Part shown: piece by piece, positions 50,263 through 61,327 of the stretch | Layout of the letters: every line of letters begins with the position of its first letter | Numbering within the stretch: position 1 is the stretch's first letter | Assembly (NCBI GenBank): GCA_036918135.1 | Contig: JBALDB010000033.1 | Location: 29,226-93,225, forward strand | Length of the DNA: 64,000 nucleotides | Reading direction: 5' to 3' | Source: Nostoc sp. | Lineage (GTDB): Bacteria > Cyanobacteriota > Cyanobacteriia > Cyanobacteriales > Nostocaceae | The notes under the pieces: model-generated | The model's database searches: none | The model's input: the letters and a program-made list of their open reading frames with translations, nothing else | Told to the model about the DNA's origin: nothing | Position numbers and translations under genes: made by a program

Positions 50263-51918
50263 TTAAGGCAGTACTTGAATAAACTGGTACTCTTTGACAG
50301 TACCGAGAATGCGGTGAGGTCTAGATAATTTAGCTGACTGCTCTTTATAAATCCAAGCATAGCTAAGAGCTGGTACTTGGGAAATAGAGTCTACTGGTTT
50401 GTCGTCAGTAGCAATATAGAAATCGAGCAGTACTTGGACTTTATCATCTATTTGCACAAAGTATATCGGATTAGTTCTCAAAATAGAAGCGATCGCACTT
50501 TGTTGGAGAAAAACTCTTAAAGCAGGATTATAGTCACTTAACAAACCTGTGCTACCCATTGCCGCTAAAGCTAGCCAACAGGGAATTAACCAACCTGCAA
50601 TCCAGTAACGAGTTGTGAGATTTTTGCCAAATTTATCACGACCAATCCACACTACAGGTAAAATTAACCAACCCAATCCCATAGCTAAACCAACAGTTGC
50701 ATACTTACGAATATCGGAACTACCCCAGCCAAGAATCAAAATACTAGCGACGATCAGTAAAACACCAAATCCGCCAAAGCCATAACTGAGATTTCGCACA
50801 AGATTCTGCTTGCTAAAAAATTTTAATTGATTTTTTTTACCTTTTTCCAGAGTAAATTCTGAGGTAATTCCTGACTCGTAAATTTTGCCTAGCCAGTTTA
50901 AACCCACAGATGCATACAAAGCAACGAACGGATAAAGGCAAAGACTATAGTGAGAGAAACGAGTTGTAAAAATACTAATTTCAATAAATAAGACTAGTGG
51001 AAACCCAACTAATAACAAAGAGTAGTGAGAGGGAGGACGGATAGCCAAAAACAGTCCGATAATTCCCAAAAAAGCCCAAGGAAATGATTTTAAGGAAATA
51101 TTCCAGACATAGAATAGTAAATTAGTATGATAATGGTCATCAGTACTTTGATGTACAACAAACTTGTACAACTCTTCAAAACTCTGATTGCCATAATGTA
51201 ACCAACTCAGCCATAGCCAAAGCAAACTAGGAATTAAGCCGACGAAAAATCCCAAATATAAGACTGGGTTAGTCAGATGACGATGACGGCGATAATCCCA
51301 AATTAAATAAGGCAATAAAGCTACGATCGGGATAAAAATCATAAAGCTTCTGACTAAGAAGCCTAAACCTAAACTTAAGCCAGCAATAAAACTCCAAAAG
51401 TAGCGATATACAGGATTTAATTCCGCTTTCAGAAAAGCTAAAATAGCTAAAAGTACCAATAAAACTAAAGGTACATCAGGTGTACTTAAACGACAATATT
51501 GCAACCAGAGAAATTCTACACTTAAAATTGCAGCAGCTAACCAAGCTAATTTTTTACCTAAGATAATTTTGCCAATTTCATATACAAGCCAGATACAGAA
51601 AATCCCTGCGATCGTGCTAGGAAGACGCGCACTAATATCATTGACACCAAACAACTTGTAGAAACTAGCAATTAACCAATAAGGCCCAGGAGTCTTGTGA
51701 TGTGCCTTTTGCCAAGGTGCTATCCAATTATCAGAATCAAACATCAGACGTGCGCGTGAAGCATAAAGTGCTTCATCATGTGCCATTAGGCTATTGTCGC
51801 CAGAAGTAAATAGTAATAAAGGTAGTATCCAAACTAACAAACTCAAATAGGGTAATGATGCTAACAACCGGATTTTTCGCCAAATATACTGTAAAAGGTG
51901 TAATTTATAAAACATCAA
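50263..51918 (-). CDS. GT39/ArnT-like membrane glycosyltransferase
   Basis: AHDEALYA, KTPGPYW, SARLPS; multiple TM helices. Confidence 0.85.
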   Translation of the reverse strand: MMFYKLHLLQYIWRKIRLLASLPYLSLLVWILPLLLFTSGDNSLMAHDEALYASRARLMFDSDNWIAPWQKAHHKTPGPYWLIASFYKLFGVNDISARLPSTIAGIFCIWLVYEIGKIILGKKLAWLAAAILSVEFLWLQYCRLSTPDVPLVLLVLLAILAFLKAELNPVYRYFWSFIAGLSLGLGFLVRSFMIFIPIVALLPYLIWDYRRHRHLTNPVLYLGFFVGLIPSLLWLWLSWLHYGNQSFEELYKFVVHQSTDDHYHTNLLFYVWNISLKSFPWAFLGIIGLFLAIRPPSHYSLLLVGFPLVLFIEISIFTTRFSHYSLCLYPFVALYASVGLNWLGKIYESGITSEFTLEKGKKNQLKFFSKQNLVRNLSYGFGGFGVLLIVASILILGWGSSDIRKYATVGLAMGLGWLILPVVWIGRDKFGKNLTTRYWIAGWLIPCWLALAAMGSTGLLSDYNPALRVFLQQSAIASILRTNPIYFVQIDDKVQVLLDFYIATDDKPVDSISQVPALSYAWIYKEQSAKLSRPHRILGTVKEYQFIQVLP

Positions 51919-52124
51919 TATTTATAAGCAATGAATGCTGCAATGTGAACTCGTTGATGGCAGTTTTCCGAGTTGGTAAAGTACACAAACTAAGCCTGTT
52001 TTATTTCTGAATTCGCCAATTCTGCCCTATATGTCTGATTGTTATTAAAATATGTTACATAGGCTTGTTTAAAAATACCTGAAATTGCCGCGATTTTGCA
52101 AAAAAGTTATCGACACGAGGATTT

Positions 52125-52769
52125 ATGCAGCTAAGACCGAATCAACGCCTAAAGTTAGATGATACAGACGATAAGCTATTCTACGCCGATCCTCGCTTCG
52201 TCACTCATGTCGATGAAGGATTTATTCAACAGCTAACGGATTTATATCGCGATCGCCTCAAACCCAACACCCGCATCTTTGATATGATGAGCAGCTGGGT
52301 GTCTCATCTGCCAGAAGAGATACAATTTTCTCATGTCGAGGGACACGGACTCAACGCTGAAGAACTAGCACGTAATCCCCGATTAAATCATTACTTCGTG
52401 CAAAATATTAACGAAAATCCGCAGTTACCCTTGCAAAATGAAGATTTTGATGCCGTTCTCAACTGCGTATCTGTGCAATATGTGCAATATCCAGAAGCAG
52501 TATTTTCCGAAATTCACCGCATCCTCAAACCCGGTGGTGTTGCAATCGTCAGTTTTTCTAACCGGATGTTCTTTCAAAAAGCAATTCAAGCTTGGCGAGA
52601 AGCTTCAGAAGCAGAGCGAGTCGAATTAGTCAAGGGTTACTTTGCCTCAGTCCCCGGATTTACTACCCCAGAAGTTATCGTTCATAAATCAACATTAGCG
52701 AATATTTTCCAGTGGTTGGGCGCACCTGGAGGAGATCCATTTTATGCTGTTATAGCTTACCGCATTTAA
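52125..52769 (+). CDS. class I SAM-dependent methyltransferase
   Basis: PRFVTHVD, DMMSSWVSHLP, EIHRILKPGG, SFSNR. Confidence 0.88.
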   Translation: MQLRPNQRLKLDDTDDKLFYADPRFVTHVDEGFIQQLTDLYRDRLKPNTRIFDMMSSWVSHLPEEIQFSHVEGHGLNAEELARNPRLNHYFVQNINENPQLPLQNEDFDAVLNCVSVQYVQYPEAVFSEIHRILKPGGVAIVSFSNRMFFQKAIQAWREASEAERVELVKGYFASVPGFTTPEVIVHKSTLANIFQWLGAPGGDPFYAVIAYRI

Positions 52770-53101
52770 GTGAACTATTAGCACACCGACCTTTACAGTG
52801 CAGTGTGGAGTTTTGCTCAAATAACTTAGAAGTAAACTTAGGTGTAAAGCCTAAGTTTTTAATGTCTATTTCTAGTTTAAATATCAATTATTTTCAGAAG
52901 ACGTTGGAAAAGTATTAATAATTTTAACTACGTAAGCCAGCACACACAGATAGTCTTGACAACAGAATTCAAACAATAAAAATATTACATTTATCTAAGT
53001 GTGATAATTGATAACTTACGCAATAATTATCAAAAAGTAAATTTTCTGGGTCAAAATCGCTAGCACCGCAGATAATTGCCTCAAAGCTCAAGTATCAGGA
53101 G

Positions 53102-53620
53102 ATGCCAAGAATGATTTTACATGGTGGGCGTAAAGTTTTAGCTGCATTATTGCTCTCAGTATTATTACTAACAACATCTTGTAGTGCAAAAACCCCAGGA
53201 CGTTTCGACCAGGCGCAACAAGATAGCAGTCGGCAAAAAAGCGGTCAGGCTGTGGTTAAGACTGCAACTCAAGGTAGCGAATTTAACAAATTTTTTCCAG
53301 AAGCTAGTAATGGCTACCAGCGCGTCTATACCCAAGAGAAAAAAGGTTTTGCTGAAGCCAAGTTGAAGAAAAGCGGTAAAGATATAGCCATGTTATCTAT
53401 TTCCGATACCAGCAGCACACCAGCTACAGCAGCAAAGTTCTCGAAAAGCACTAAAAAAATTGGCGGTTATCCCGCAGTAGAAGTAGGTAACACGCAAACT
53501 GCAATTTTAGTTGGTAAGTACCAAGTAAAAGTACTTTCCCGCGATTCGTCATTTACAGGTAGCGATCGCGCAGCTTGGCTACAAAAATTTAATCTCAATG
53601 GTCTAGCTAAACTCAAATGA
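53102..53620 (+). CDS. hypothetical lipoprotein
   Basis: Hydrophobic leader ending LLTTSC (lipobox-like). Confidence 0.75.
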   Translation: MPRMILHGGRKVLAALLLSVLLLTTSCSAKTPGRFDQAQQDSSRQKSGQAVVKTATQGSEFNKFFPEASNGYQRVYTQEKKGFAEAKLKKSGKDIAMLSISDTSSTPATAAKFSKSTKKIGGYPAVEVGNTQTAILVGKYQVKVLSRDSSFTGSDRAAWLQKFNLNGLAKLK

Positions 53621-53669
53621 GCCGCATTGACAAAATCAACATCGCAAACCTTAGAATCAGGAGATTTTT

Positions 53670-54557
53670 GTGAGTAAATCAATTTTTGAGTTGGTCGATC
53701 GATTGCCAACTAGAGGGTTAACTGTTTCTCTGTTAAACTCCCTCGATTTTGTTGCTCCTGGCCAGTGGCAAAATACCGTCAGCTTTGTCAACACTATTAA
53801 GACAGTCACTCTCGAAACCGACGAAGATTTAATTCAGCAAATTGGCGAACGAGCCATTTATCTATTCAACGACAAATCCCAAGGATATCAAACAGCTTTG
53901 TGGCTATATCAAACCGTTGATAATACAGATAAAGCCCTTGGTGCAGCAGCTTTAGCTAACAAGGTCGGTGAAAAAATTCCTTTGTTGGGTTTTTTAAACT
54001 CTGTTACTCCCAAACCTGACAAAGCCCAAACCATTGATTTGACATTGAAATTAGTGGCTGAATTGGTAGCTTTCTGCCAAATTAACGGTATTCCCGGAGA
54101 CAGTATTGGAGATTTTGTTGGTGCTTTAGGAGAATATAGCGGTGAGTCACTCATCCGCATGGTGGCGTTAGTTTGTGTTGATGGTTTGATACCTCTAGGC
54201 CCAGACTTCATCAGCAAAGCGGTATCCGGGCTAAATCAGACAAATCCGCAAGAATTAGAACAAAATTCAACTTTCCAAAACATCAAAGATGTAATTCCAG
54301 GTAACAATGCTGGCAGTAAACTTAACTTTATTGGCGAAAGCTTTGACTCAGTTAAAGGTTGGATGAGTGGGCTGGTTAACGCCAATAATTTAACGCCACA
54401 AAAAGTTGTCCACAACTTGCAAAATTTTGTGGAAATTGCCGATGACAAGTTAGACTACCTGGCGGCGTTCTTGGATGTATCAACCAATTATTACGAACAT
54501 ACAGGTACGCAAACTTTGGCACGCCGCTTAATTGAACGGGCGGTGGCTGAGATTTAA
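53670..54557 (+). CDS. hypothetical protein, probably co-transcribed with the lipoprotein
   Basis: 295-aa ORF; GGAG RBS precedes the GTG start. Confidence 0.75.
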   Translation: MSKSIFELVDRLPTRGLTVSLLNSLDFVAPGQWQNTVSFVNTIKTVTLETDEDLIQQIGERAIYLFNDKSQGYQTALWLYQTVDNTDKALGAAALANKVGEKIPLLGFLNSVTPKPDKAQTIDLTLKLVAELVAFCQINGIPGDSIGDFVGALGEYSGESLIRMVALVCVDGLIPLGPDFISKAVSGLNQTNPQELEQNSTFQNIKDVIPGNNAGSKLNFIGESFDSVKGWMSGLVNANNLTPQKVVHNLQNFVEIADDKLDYLAAFLDVSTNYYEHTGTQTLARRLIERAVAEI

Positions 54558-54576
54558 GTTGATAGAAAAGTGACGG

Positions 54577-54742
54577 ACTAGGGACTGGGGATTGGAGAGA
54601 TAGGGGAGTGTGGGGAGAGAGGGGATGGGGAAGTGTGGGAAGTGTGGGGAGTGTGGGAGGACAAGGGGGAAAGATTTCCTCCCCATCCTCCCACACCTCC
54701 GACACTTCCTGTTTGCCCCATGCCCAATACCCAGTCCCCAAT
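54577..54742. repeat. STRR-type G-rich/C-rich inverted tract between convergent genes
   Basis: GGGACTG and GGGAAGTGT units followed by complementary CCCACAC and CCCAGTC units. Confidence 0.8.
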
Positions 54743-54744
54743 CT

Positions 54745-55467
54745 CTATTGCGGTAAATGTAAATCTGCGGCGATCGCATATAAATAAGGTTGAAAAATAG
54801 CCAAATTTTCCAGCTTCTCAAACTTACCTGTTTGCGTAGCTGGATCGAAGGCAGTCGTAATTACATAAAGTTTAGTGCCGTCAAAGGCAACATGACCGAT
54901 ATGTTGCTCTTGTACTTCACCTTGTTGCTTAAGTCCGGCGAACCCATAGCGGATTCCCTGAAGCTTTCCAATTGCTACTGGTTGCGCTGGGTAGGCTGAA
55001 AAAGTAATCTCTTTTCCATATTTACCCTGACGGTCTTTGGCAAAAGTAGCATAGTTGTCTGTAACCCAAGCCTTGAGTGCTGTCAAAACTTGAGTTTGAT
55101 ATTTAGAATTTTGGGAATCAACTTGAGAATTAGTTGAAATACCCGCAGCTACAAGTTTATTTTGAAAATCTGGAATCTTTTCTAGTGGGTAAACGTTAAT
55201 TTCAACTGTACCCAAAACTTTTCCTTTGGACGAGACACACAATAAAGGTGCATTGCCATTGCAAGCAGCAACTTGCCAGTTAGTTGGAGCAGATGTATTT
55301 CCGAGAATTTTTTCCCAGATATTTCCCTCAGCAGGGTTGAGATGTTTTGCCACGGTGGGAGGATTTGGCACTTTGGTTGCAGAAAATTGCGGCAGAAGAA
55401 ATTTTGCTCCTACCGGAATTAACACCAGCAAAACAGAACCTAATAATAAATGATAAAGTCGTAACAT
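54745..55467 (-). CDS. hypothetical exported or membrane-anchored protein
   Basis: N-terminal hydrophobic helix from ATG 55467; CNGNAPLLC pair. Confidence 0.65.
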   Translation of the reverse strand: MLRLYHLLLGSVLLVLIPVGAKFLLPQFSATKVPNPPTVAKHLNPAEGNIWEKILGNTSAPTNWQVAACNGNAPLLCVSSKGKVLGTVEINVYPLEKIPDFQNKLVAAGISTNSQVDSQNSKYQTQVLTALKAWVTDNYATFAKDRQGKYGKEITFSAYPAQPVAIGKLQGIRYGFAGLKQQGEVQEQHIGHVAFDGTKLYVITTAFDPATQTGKFEKLENLAIFQPYLYAIAADLHLPQ

Positions 55468-55640
55468 TTTTCTGAAAATCTCAAGCCAAAGTAACTTCAG
55501 CAAGCTGGCTGTTTGATGTCATGCCATTGATGCCTGGTTTTTCTAGATTCTTCTAGCATAATTGCTGATTAACAAACGCAATGGTATCTTAGCGTGTTAC
55601 TGATGTAATAACCTTAGAACTTTGTTTGCGTTTTTTACTA

Positions 55641-56693
55641 ATGAAATTCAGCGAAATCTTACACCAATTGGGCGATACAGCTACGATTCATAGCCTGAGT
55701 AACAATCCAAACCATAACCCAGAAATTACAGGAGTAGCAGCTATTGATGAAGCTACTAACGGCAATCTCAGCTACGTGGAAGGAGCAAAATTTGGATCTT
55801 TTGTCAGTAAGACCAATGCTAGTGCTTTAATTTTGCCCCAAGACGAAAATTTGCAGGCGCTTGCACAAGAACGTGGTATTGTCTGGCTCAGCACTCCTGA
55901 ACCGCGATTGTTATTTGCTAAAGCGATCGCACTTTTTTACCAACCATATCGCCCCCTCCCAGAAATTCATCCCAGTGCTGTGATTCATCCCACAGCTAAA
56001 ATTGGTAGTAATGTTTATATTGGCCCTCACGTTGCGATCGAACAAAGGGTGGAAGTTGGTAATGATGCAATTATCTATCCAAATGTGGTGGTCTATCCAG
56101 ATGTCAAAATCGGCGATCGCACAATCTTGCACGCCAATTGCACCATCCACGAACGTACCCAGATTGGTGCAGATTGCGTAATTCACAGTGGTGCTGTCAT
56201 CGGTGCAGAAGGCTTTGGTTTTGTTCCTACCCGCACTGGTTGGTTAAAAATGGAACAATCCGGTTATACAGTCTTAGAAGATGGCGTGGTAGTTGGCTGC
56301 AACAGTGGCGTTGACCGCCCATCTGTGGGAGAAACACGGGTAGGTCAAAATACAGTAATTGACAACTTAGTACAAATCGGTCACGGTTGCCAGATAGGTG
56401 CCGGTTGTGCGATCGCAGGTCAAGTCGGTATGGCAGGGGGCGTAAAACTGGGAAATCGGGTTATCTTAGCTGGACAAGTGGGAATCGTCAATCAAGTGAA
56501 GATGGGAGATGGGGCGATCGCATCTGCTCAAGCTGGAATTCACAACGATGTTCCATCAAGAGAAGTTGTCTCAGGAACTCCCGCAGTTCCTCACAAACTA
56601 TACCTCAAGGTATCTGCCATTCATAATCGCTTGCCAGATATCTATCAATCGTTAAAACAATTGCAACGTAAATTCAAAGATAGTAATGATTGA
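55641..56693 (+). CDS. lpxD: UDP-3-O-(3-hydroxymyristoyl)glucosamine N-acyltransferase
   Basis: Hexapeptide repeats; GAEGFGF; IDNLVQIGH. Confidence 0.95.
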   Translation: MKFSEILHQLGDTATIHSLSNNPNHNPEITGVAAIDEATNGNLSYVEGAKFGSFVSKTNASALILPQDENLQALAQERGIVWLSTPEPRLLFAKAIALFYQPYRPLPEIHPSAVIHPTAKIGSNVYIGPHVAIEQRVEVGNDAIIYPNVVVYPDVKIGDRTILHANCTIHERTQIGADCVIHSGAVIGAEGFGFVPTRTGWLKMEQSGYTVLEDGVVVGCNSGVDRPSVGETRVGQNTVIDNLVQIGHGCQIGAGCAIAGQVGMAGGVKLGNRVILAGQVGIVNQVKMGDGAIASAQAGIHNDVPSREVVSGTPAVPHKLYLKVSAIHNRLPDIYQSLKQLQRKFKDSND

Positions 56694-57302
56694 TAGGAAC
56701 TAGTAACTTAAAAGCTAAAAGTAAAAAGAGAAGAAAGACTTAATAAGTTCTGTTTTGTCTTTTTACTTTTGCCTTCTTTTGGTTTCTTGCACTTGAGAGG
56801 TTATTGATAAAGTAAAAATAAAATTCTTGTCAGGTGTGTTAAGCGCATCTTTCGATTTAGTTTTCACGAAAAGCTTAATATTAGCGCCTAACGCACCGTG
56901 TTATCGTATATTCAAGGGTTTAAGACCCCTACGTCTCTGTTGGAAAGTTCAGATGCCTGCGGCAAGCCGCTGGCGCGTCTACGGAGGAAACCTCCGCTCT
57001 GACTTTCCGCTATAGGTAGCATATTTTGGGTTAGGGTTTAAATCCCCGACTCAAAATGTCTTAAATTTTGAATTTTGAATTGTTAACTGGCGGTGCGTTA
57101 GGCAGACAAAGTATACCGCAAGGTACAGAGGCGATCGCTCCAGCGCTCTGATAAGCGTTGCAAAATCTATGATCGTAAGCTCTGTTTCATTAGTCATTAA
57201 TCTGTAGCTTAGTATTAGGATTGCATGAGTTCGCAACCTATGGAAGACTAACACCACTAAAAGGATTGTTAGGATTTGTCTAAATCCTAAATAAAATCAT
57301 TC

Positions 57303-58142
57303 ATGCACATTCATCATCTCAATTGCGGCTGCATGTGCCCGATTGGTGGAGCGCTGTATGATGGCTTTAGCCGCAGCTTAGAAGCCCACCTTGTTTGCCA
57401 TTGCTTGCTGATTGAGACAGATCGGGGACTTGTTCTCATTGATACTGGCTTCGGTCAGCGCGATGTCGAGGCACCATTGTCGCGGCTTAGCCCGTTCTTC
57501 GTTTATTTCAATCGCATTCAGCGAGAGCGAAAATACACAGCGATCGCTCAAATCGAACAACTCGGTTTTAGTGCGCGTGACGTTCGCCATATTGTGCTCA
57601 CCCATCTAGATTTCGATCGTGCTGGTGGTCTGGAGGATTTTCCCGAAGCAACTGTGCATGTGATGCAGGATGAGTTTGAAGCCACACAAGATCGGCGCGG
57701 TTTTATCGCCAGCTGACGCTATCGTTCTCCTCAGTGGGATGAAGTCAAACACTGGAAGTTTTATTCAGCCAAGGGTGAACCTTGGTTCGGTTTTGAAGCA
57801 GTACGCGACCTCGAAGGACTACCGCCTGAAATTCTCCTCATTCCGCTTAGCGGACACACGCGAGGTCATGCGGGTATCGCTATTCAGACACCAGCAGGTT
57901 GGCTACTACATGCGGGTGACGCTTACTTTTACCGACACGAGATGGGTTCTCCCGAACGGCGTTGCACGCCTGGTTTGCGTGCCTACCAGTGGATGATGGA
58001 GGTAGACCGCAAGGCTCGTCTTTATAATCAAGACAGGCTGCGCGCATTATCCTGCGATCGCACTAAAGACGTGCGCCTCTTCTGTAGCCATGACGCTATT
58101 GAGTTTCAAGCATTCGCCGATCGGTCTAAGAGGATGTTTTAA
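57303..58142 (+). pseudogene. MBL-fold metallo-hydrolase pseudogene
   Basis: One reading frame split by TGA at 57714-57716; THLDFDRAGG (His replaced by Arg), GHTRGH, LHAGDA, FCSHD. Confidence 0.88.
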
Positions 58143-58291
58143 AAGTAGGAGGTATTGTAAGAAACTCACAAGGCTTTTTGCTCCCCTCTCCTTGAAGGAG
58201 AGGGGCTGGGGGTGAGGTCAAAATCCTTTACATCGAATTCACGTTAAATCCTCTTTAAACAAAAACAGCAACATTCAAGCTTAGAATTCCG

Positions 58292-58354
58292 AAGTTGCAC
58301 CTTTGAACTCAAAAGTTGCACCTTTGAACTCGGAAGTTGCACCTTTGAACTCAA
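58292..58354. repeat. 3 x 21-bp tandem repeat AAGTTGCACCTTTGAACTCNN
   Basis: Counted directly. Confidence 0.9.
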
Positions 58355-58371
58355 AATGTCCAGTTGAGAAA

Positions 58372-59277
58372 TTAAAATCCTAATTTTTCCAATACTGGCT
58401 TTGTAGAAACAACGTGGCGTTCTAAACCCAGTTCTTTTGGACTAACCCCAAGTGCCAAAGCAATCAACTGGGGTAAATGCAACACTGGTAAACCTAGTTT
58501 TTGTTGAATCACTTTTTCTACCTCTGGCTGGCGGGAATCTAAATTTAAGTGGCACAGAGGACAAGGTGTAACCATACAGTCTGCACCAGAAGCCAAAGCA
58601 TCCTGAATATGCATCCCCGCCATCTTGAAAGATTGGGTAGTGGCATAACTAGCAAGCGGCCAACCACAACATTGTGTGCGACCTCGGTAATAAATTGGTG
58701 TTGCATCTACTGCCCGAAACATATTTTCCATTGCTTCTGGTTGGAAAGGGTCGTCATAGGGCATAGACTTTTGAGCGCGCAGGAGATAACAGCCATAAAA
58801 AGCCGCGCATTTTAATCCGGTTAACTTCCGGGTGACACGTTTAGTAATTTCCTCTAAACCGTAATCTGTTACTAAGGCGTAGAGGAGATGTTTAACCTCA
58901 GTACTACCGCGATAAGGCGAACAGCCTTCTTTGTGCAGCAAACCATTGACTTGTTGAATATAGGCAGGGTTGGTAGTTTGGCATTCCTTCAGGTGTTCGT
59001 TGACGTGACCGATAACACCTTGACAAGTGCTGCAATGGGTAAGTAACGGCAGATTTAATTCTTCTGCTAGAGCAATATTTCTGGCGTTAACCGTATCTTC
59101 CAGCAGTTGGGAATCTTCTTTAAACGTGCCGGAACCACAACAAGCTGCTTTTTTAAGTTCAACCAGTTGAATACCCAGTGCTTGAGTAAGGGCTTGAGTT
59201 GACTGGTAAAGTTCCCGACATGCTCCTTGGGCAACACAGCCAGGAAAGTAAGCGTATTTTAGTGTCTGAGATAGCAT
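58372..59277 (-). CDS. hdrB: heterodisulfide reductase subunit B-like (CCG-domain) protein
   Basis: YFPGC, CCG, CSTC, FYGC, CCG, PCPLC. Confidence 0.85.
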   Translation of the reverse strand: MLSQTLKYAYFPGCVAQGACRELYQSTQALTQALGIQLVELKKAACCGSGTFKEDSQLLEDTVNARNIALAEELNLPLLTHCSTCQGVIGHVNEHLKECQTTNPAYIQQVNGLLHKEGCSPYRGSTEVKHLLYALVTDYGLEEITKRVTRKLTGLKCAAFYGCYLLRAQKSMPYDDPFQPEAMENMFRAVDATPIYYRGRTQCCGWPLASYATTQSFKMAGMHIQDALASGADCMVTPCPLCHLNLDSRQPEVEKVIQQKLGLPVLHLPQLIALALGVSPKELGLERHVVSTKPVLEKLGF

Positions 59278-59544
59278 ATAACTATAGTTTGAGTTAGAGC
59301 GATCGCTCTAAACAATAATTGGAAAACAAACGCATCTACATAGTGTCGGCTAGAGCGTACCATACCCTACTGTTCGACTGTCTAAAGAAAACTTAGCGAT
59401 TCTTTTGAAAAAGGGCAGAAGTTTTCCTAGAGAAAAACTCTTAGCAGTGTACGGGCGATCGCGCTTGACGATAAGATGTATATGCTCAAAAAAATGTCTC
59501 CTATAATGAGCAGATCCTAGCAATTAGTTGAGGACTTGATATCC

Positions 59545-59799
59545 ATGAGCCAAACTGAACTTTTTGACAAAGTTAAAAAAATTGTTGCCGAACAACTCAG
59601 CGTTGACGACCCTGCCACAATCAAACCAGAATCGACATTTATGGAAGATTTAGGTGCTGATTCCTTAGATACCGTTGAATTGGTAATGGCTTTGGAAGAA
59701 GAATTTGAAATCGAAATTCCCGACGAAGCTGCCGAAGGAATTTTAACGGTTCAAGACGCAGTAAATTACATCAGCAACAAAGTTACCGCATCAGCTTAA
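59545..59799 (+). CDS. acpP: acyl carrier protein
   Basis: [20 protein letters not shown]. Confidence 0.97.
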   Translation: MSQTELFDKVKKIVAEQLSVDDPATIKPESTFMEDLGADSLDTVELVMALEEEFEIEIPDEAAEGILTVQDAVNYISNKVTASA

Positions 59800-60076
59800 T
59801 TGGAAGTTGGGGATTGGGAACTCGGTACACCCTGAAGGGGATAAAGGGCAACGGGGATTAAGAAGATTTTTCTTATGCACCTAGTCACCAGTACCTAGTC
59901 GCTATTATGGAACTTTTTGCCCGCCTTGTGTTGAAAAGTTTAGATGTCTTCTCTACGAGATGCTAGGCGTAGCTTACTTCACCGTATAGGTAAGCCAATC
60001 ACAAGCCTTCTGGTAGGCGTCTGTACCGTCAGCCGATGCTTTGACTTTTCGCTTTTTCGCCACCTTTAACTGAATC

Positions 60077-61327
60077 ATGACAGATATTACACGTAAACGC
60101 GTTGTTGTAACTGGTGTTGGCGCGATTACACCTATTGGTAACACAGCAACAGAATATTGGGATGGATTATTGAGTGGACGCAATGGCATTGACTACATCA
60201 CCTTTTTTGATGCGTCTCGCCATGATTGCCGTATCGCTGGTGAAGTAAAAAACTTCGATCCGCATGATTACTTGGAGCGCAAAGAGGCCAAGCGTATGGA
60301 TCGATTTGCCCAATTTGGGGTTGTAGGAGCAAAACAAGCTATATCTGACGCGCAGTTAGTTATCAATGACTTAAACGCGGAACAGGTGGGTGTCATGATC
60401 GGTTCGGGCGTTGGTGGCATCAAAGTATTAGAAGACCAGCAGACTGTCTACCTCAACCGCGGGCCCGATCGCTGTAGTCCATTCATGATACCGATGATGA
60501 TTGCCAATATGGCAGCAGGATTAACAGCAATTCACACTGGTGCTAAAGGGCCAAATTCTTGCGCTGTCACAGCCTGCGCTGCTGGCTCGAATGCCATAGG
60601 CGATGCTTTTCGCTTAATTCAAGGGGGATATGCCCAAGCAATGATTTGCGGTGGTGCAGAGGCGGCTGTCACACCATTGTCAATGGCTGGGTTTGCCGCT
60701 TGTAAGGCGCTTTCTTTTCGCAATGACGACCCAGCTCATGCTTGCCGTCCCTTTGACCGCGATCGCGACGGATTTATTTTGGGTGAAGGCTCAGGGATTT
60801 TAATTCTAGAAGAACTACAACACGCCATCAGTCGCGGCGCTCACATTTATGCTGAAATGATCGGCTATGGTATGACCTGTGATGCTTACCACATCACTTC
60901 CCCCGTACCTGGTGGACTAGGTGCAGCTAGAGCCATAGAACTAGCTCTCAAAGATGCCGGACTTACTCCCGAACAAATTAGCTACATCAATGCTCACGGC
61001 ACCAGCACCCCAGCTAACGATTCAACTGAAACCTCAGCCATCAAAAAAGCTTTGGGAGAACATGCCTATAAGGTAGCAATCAGCTCTACCAAATCGATGA
61101 CAGGTCATTTATTGGGCGGTTCTGGAGGTATTGAAGCAGTAGCAACGGTACTGGCGATCGCTAATGACCAAATTCCACCAACAATTAACCTCGAAAATCC
61201 CGATCCAAAGTGTGACTTAGATTACGTGCCTAACTCTAGTCGCGCTCAAAAAGTTGAAGTGGCGCTATCCAATTCTTTCGGGTTTGGCGGTCATAATGTC
61301 ACACTAGCCTTTAAGAAATACCTCTAA
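60077..61327 (+). CDS. fabF: beta-ketoacyl-ACP synthase II
   Basis: TACAAG, NAHGTST, STKSMTGHLLG, NSFGFGGHN. Confidence 0.97.
   Translation: MTDITRKRVVVTGVGAITPIGNTATEYWDGLLSGRNGIDYITFFDASRHDCRIAGEVKNFDPHDYLERKEAKRMDRFAQFGVVGAKQAISDAQLVINDLNAEQVGVMIGSGVGGIKVLEDQQTVYLNRGPDRCSPFMIPMMIANMAAGLTAIHTGAKGPNSCAVTACAAGSNAIGDAFRLIQGGYAQAMICGGAEAAVTPLSMAGFAACKALSFRNDDPAHACRPFDRDRDGFILGEGSGILILEELQHAISRGAHIYAEMIGYGMTCDAYHITSPVPGGLGAARAIELALKDAGLTPEQISYINAHGTSTPANDSTETSAIKKALGEHAYKVAISSTKSMTGHLLGGSGGIEAVATVLAIANDQIPPTINLENPDPKCDLDYVPNSSRAQKVEVALSNSFGFGGHNVTLAFKKYL

Noticed and set aside
54376..54821. Pro-rich minus-strand ORFs
   Set aside because: Translations of the STRR tract overlapping real genes
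56828..57135. Small ORFs or an ncRNA between lpxD and the MBL pseudogene
   Set aside because: The region looks like a mosaic of short inverted and dispersed repeats; I could not define ends or a recognisable RNA family
57714..57716. Selenocysteine or readthrough at the in-frame TGA (also 6105-6107)
   Set aside because: The positions correspond to probable Arg and Gly rather than Cys, and the MBL gene has a second lesion
57670..57996. 108-aa ORF suggesting a frameshift in the MBL gene
   Set aside because: The hydrolase motifs continue in the original frame past the TGA; this ORF is an alternative-frame artefact
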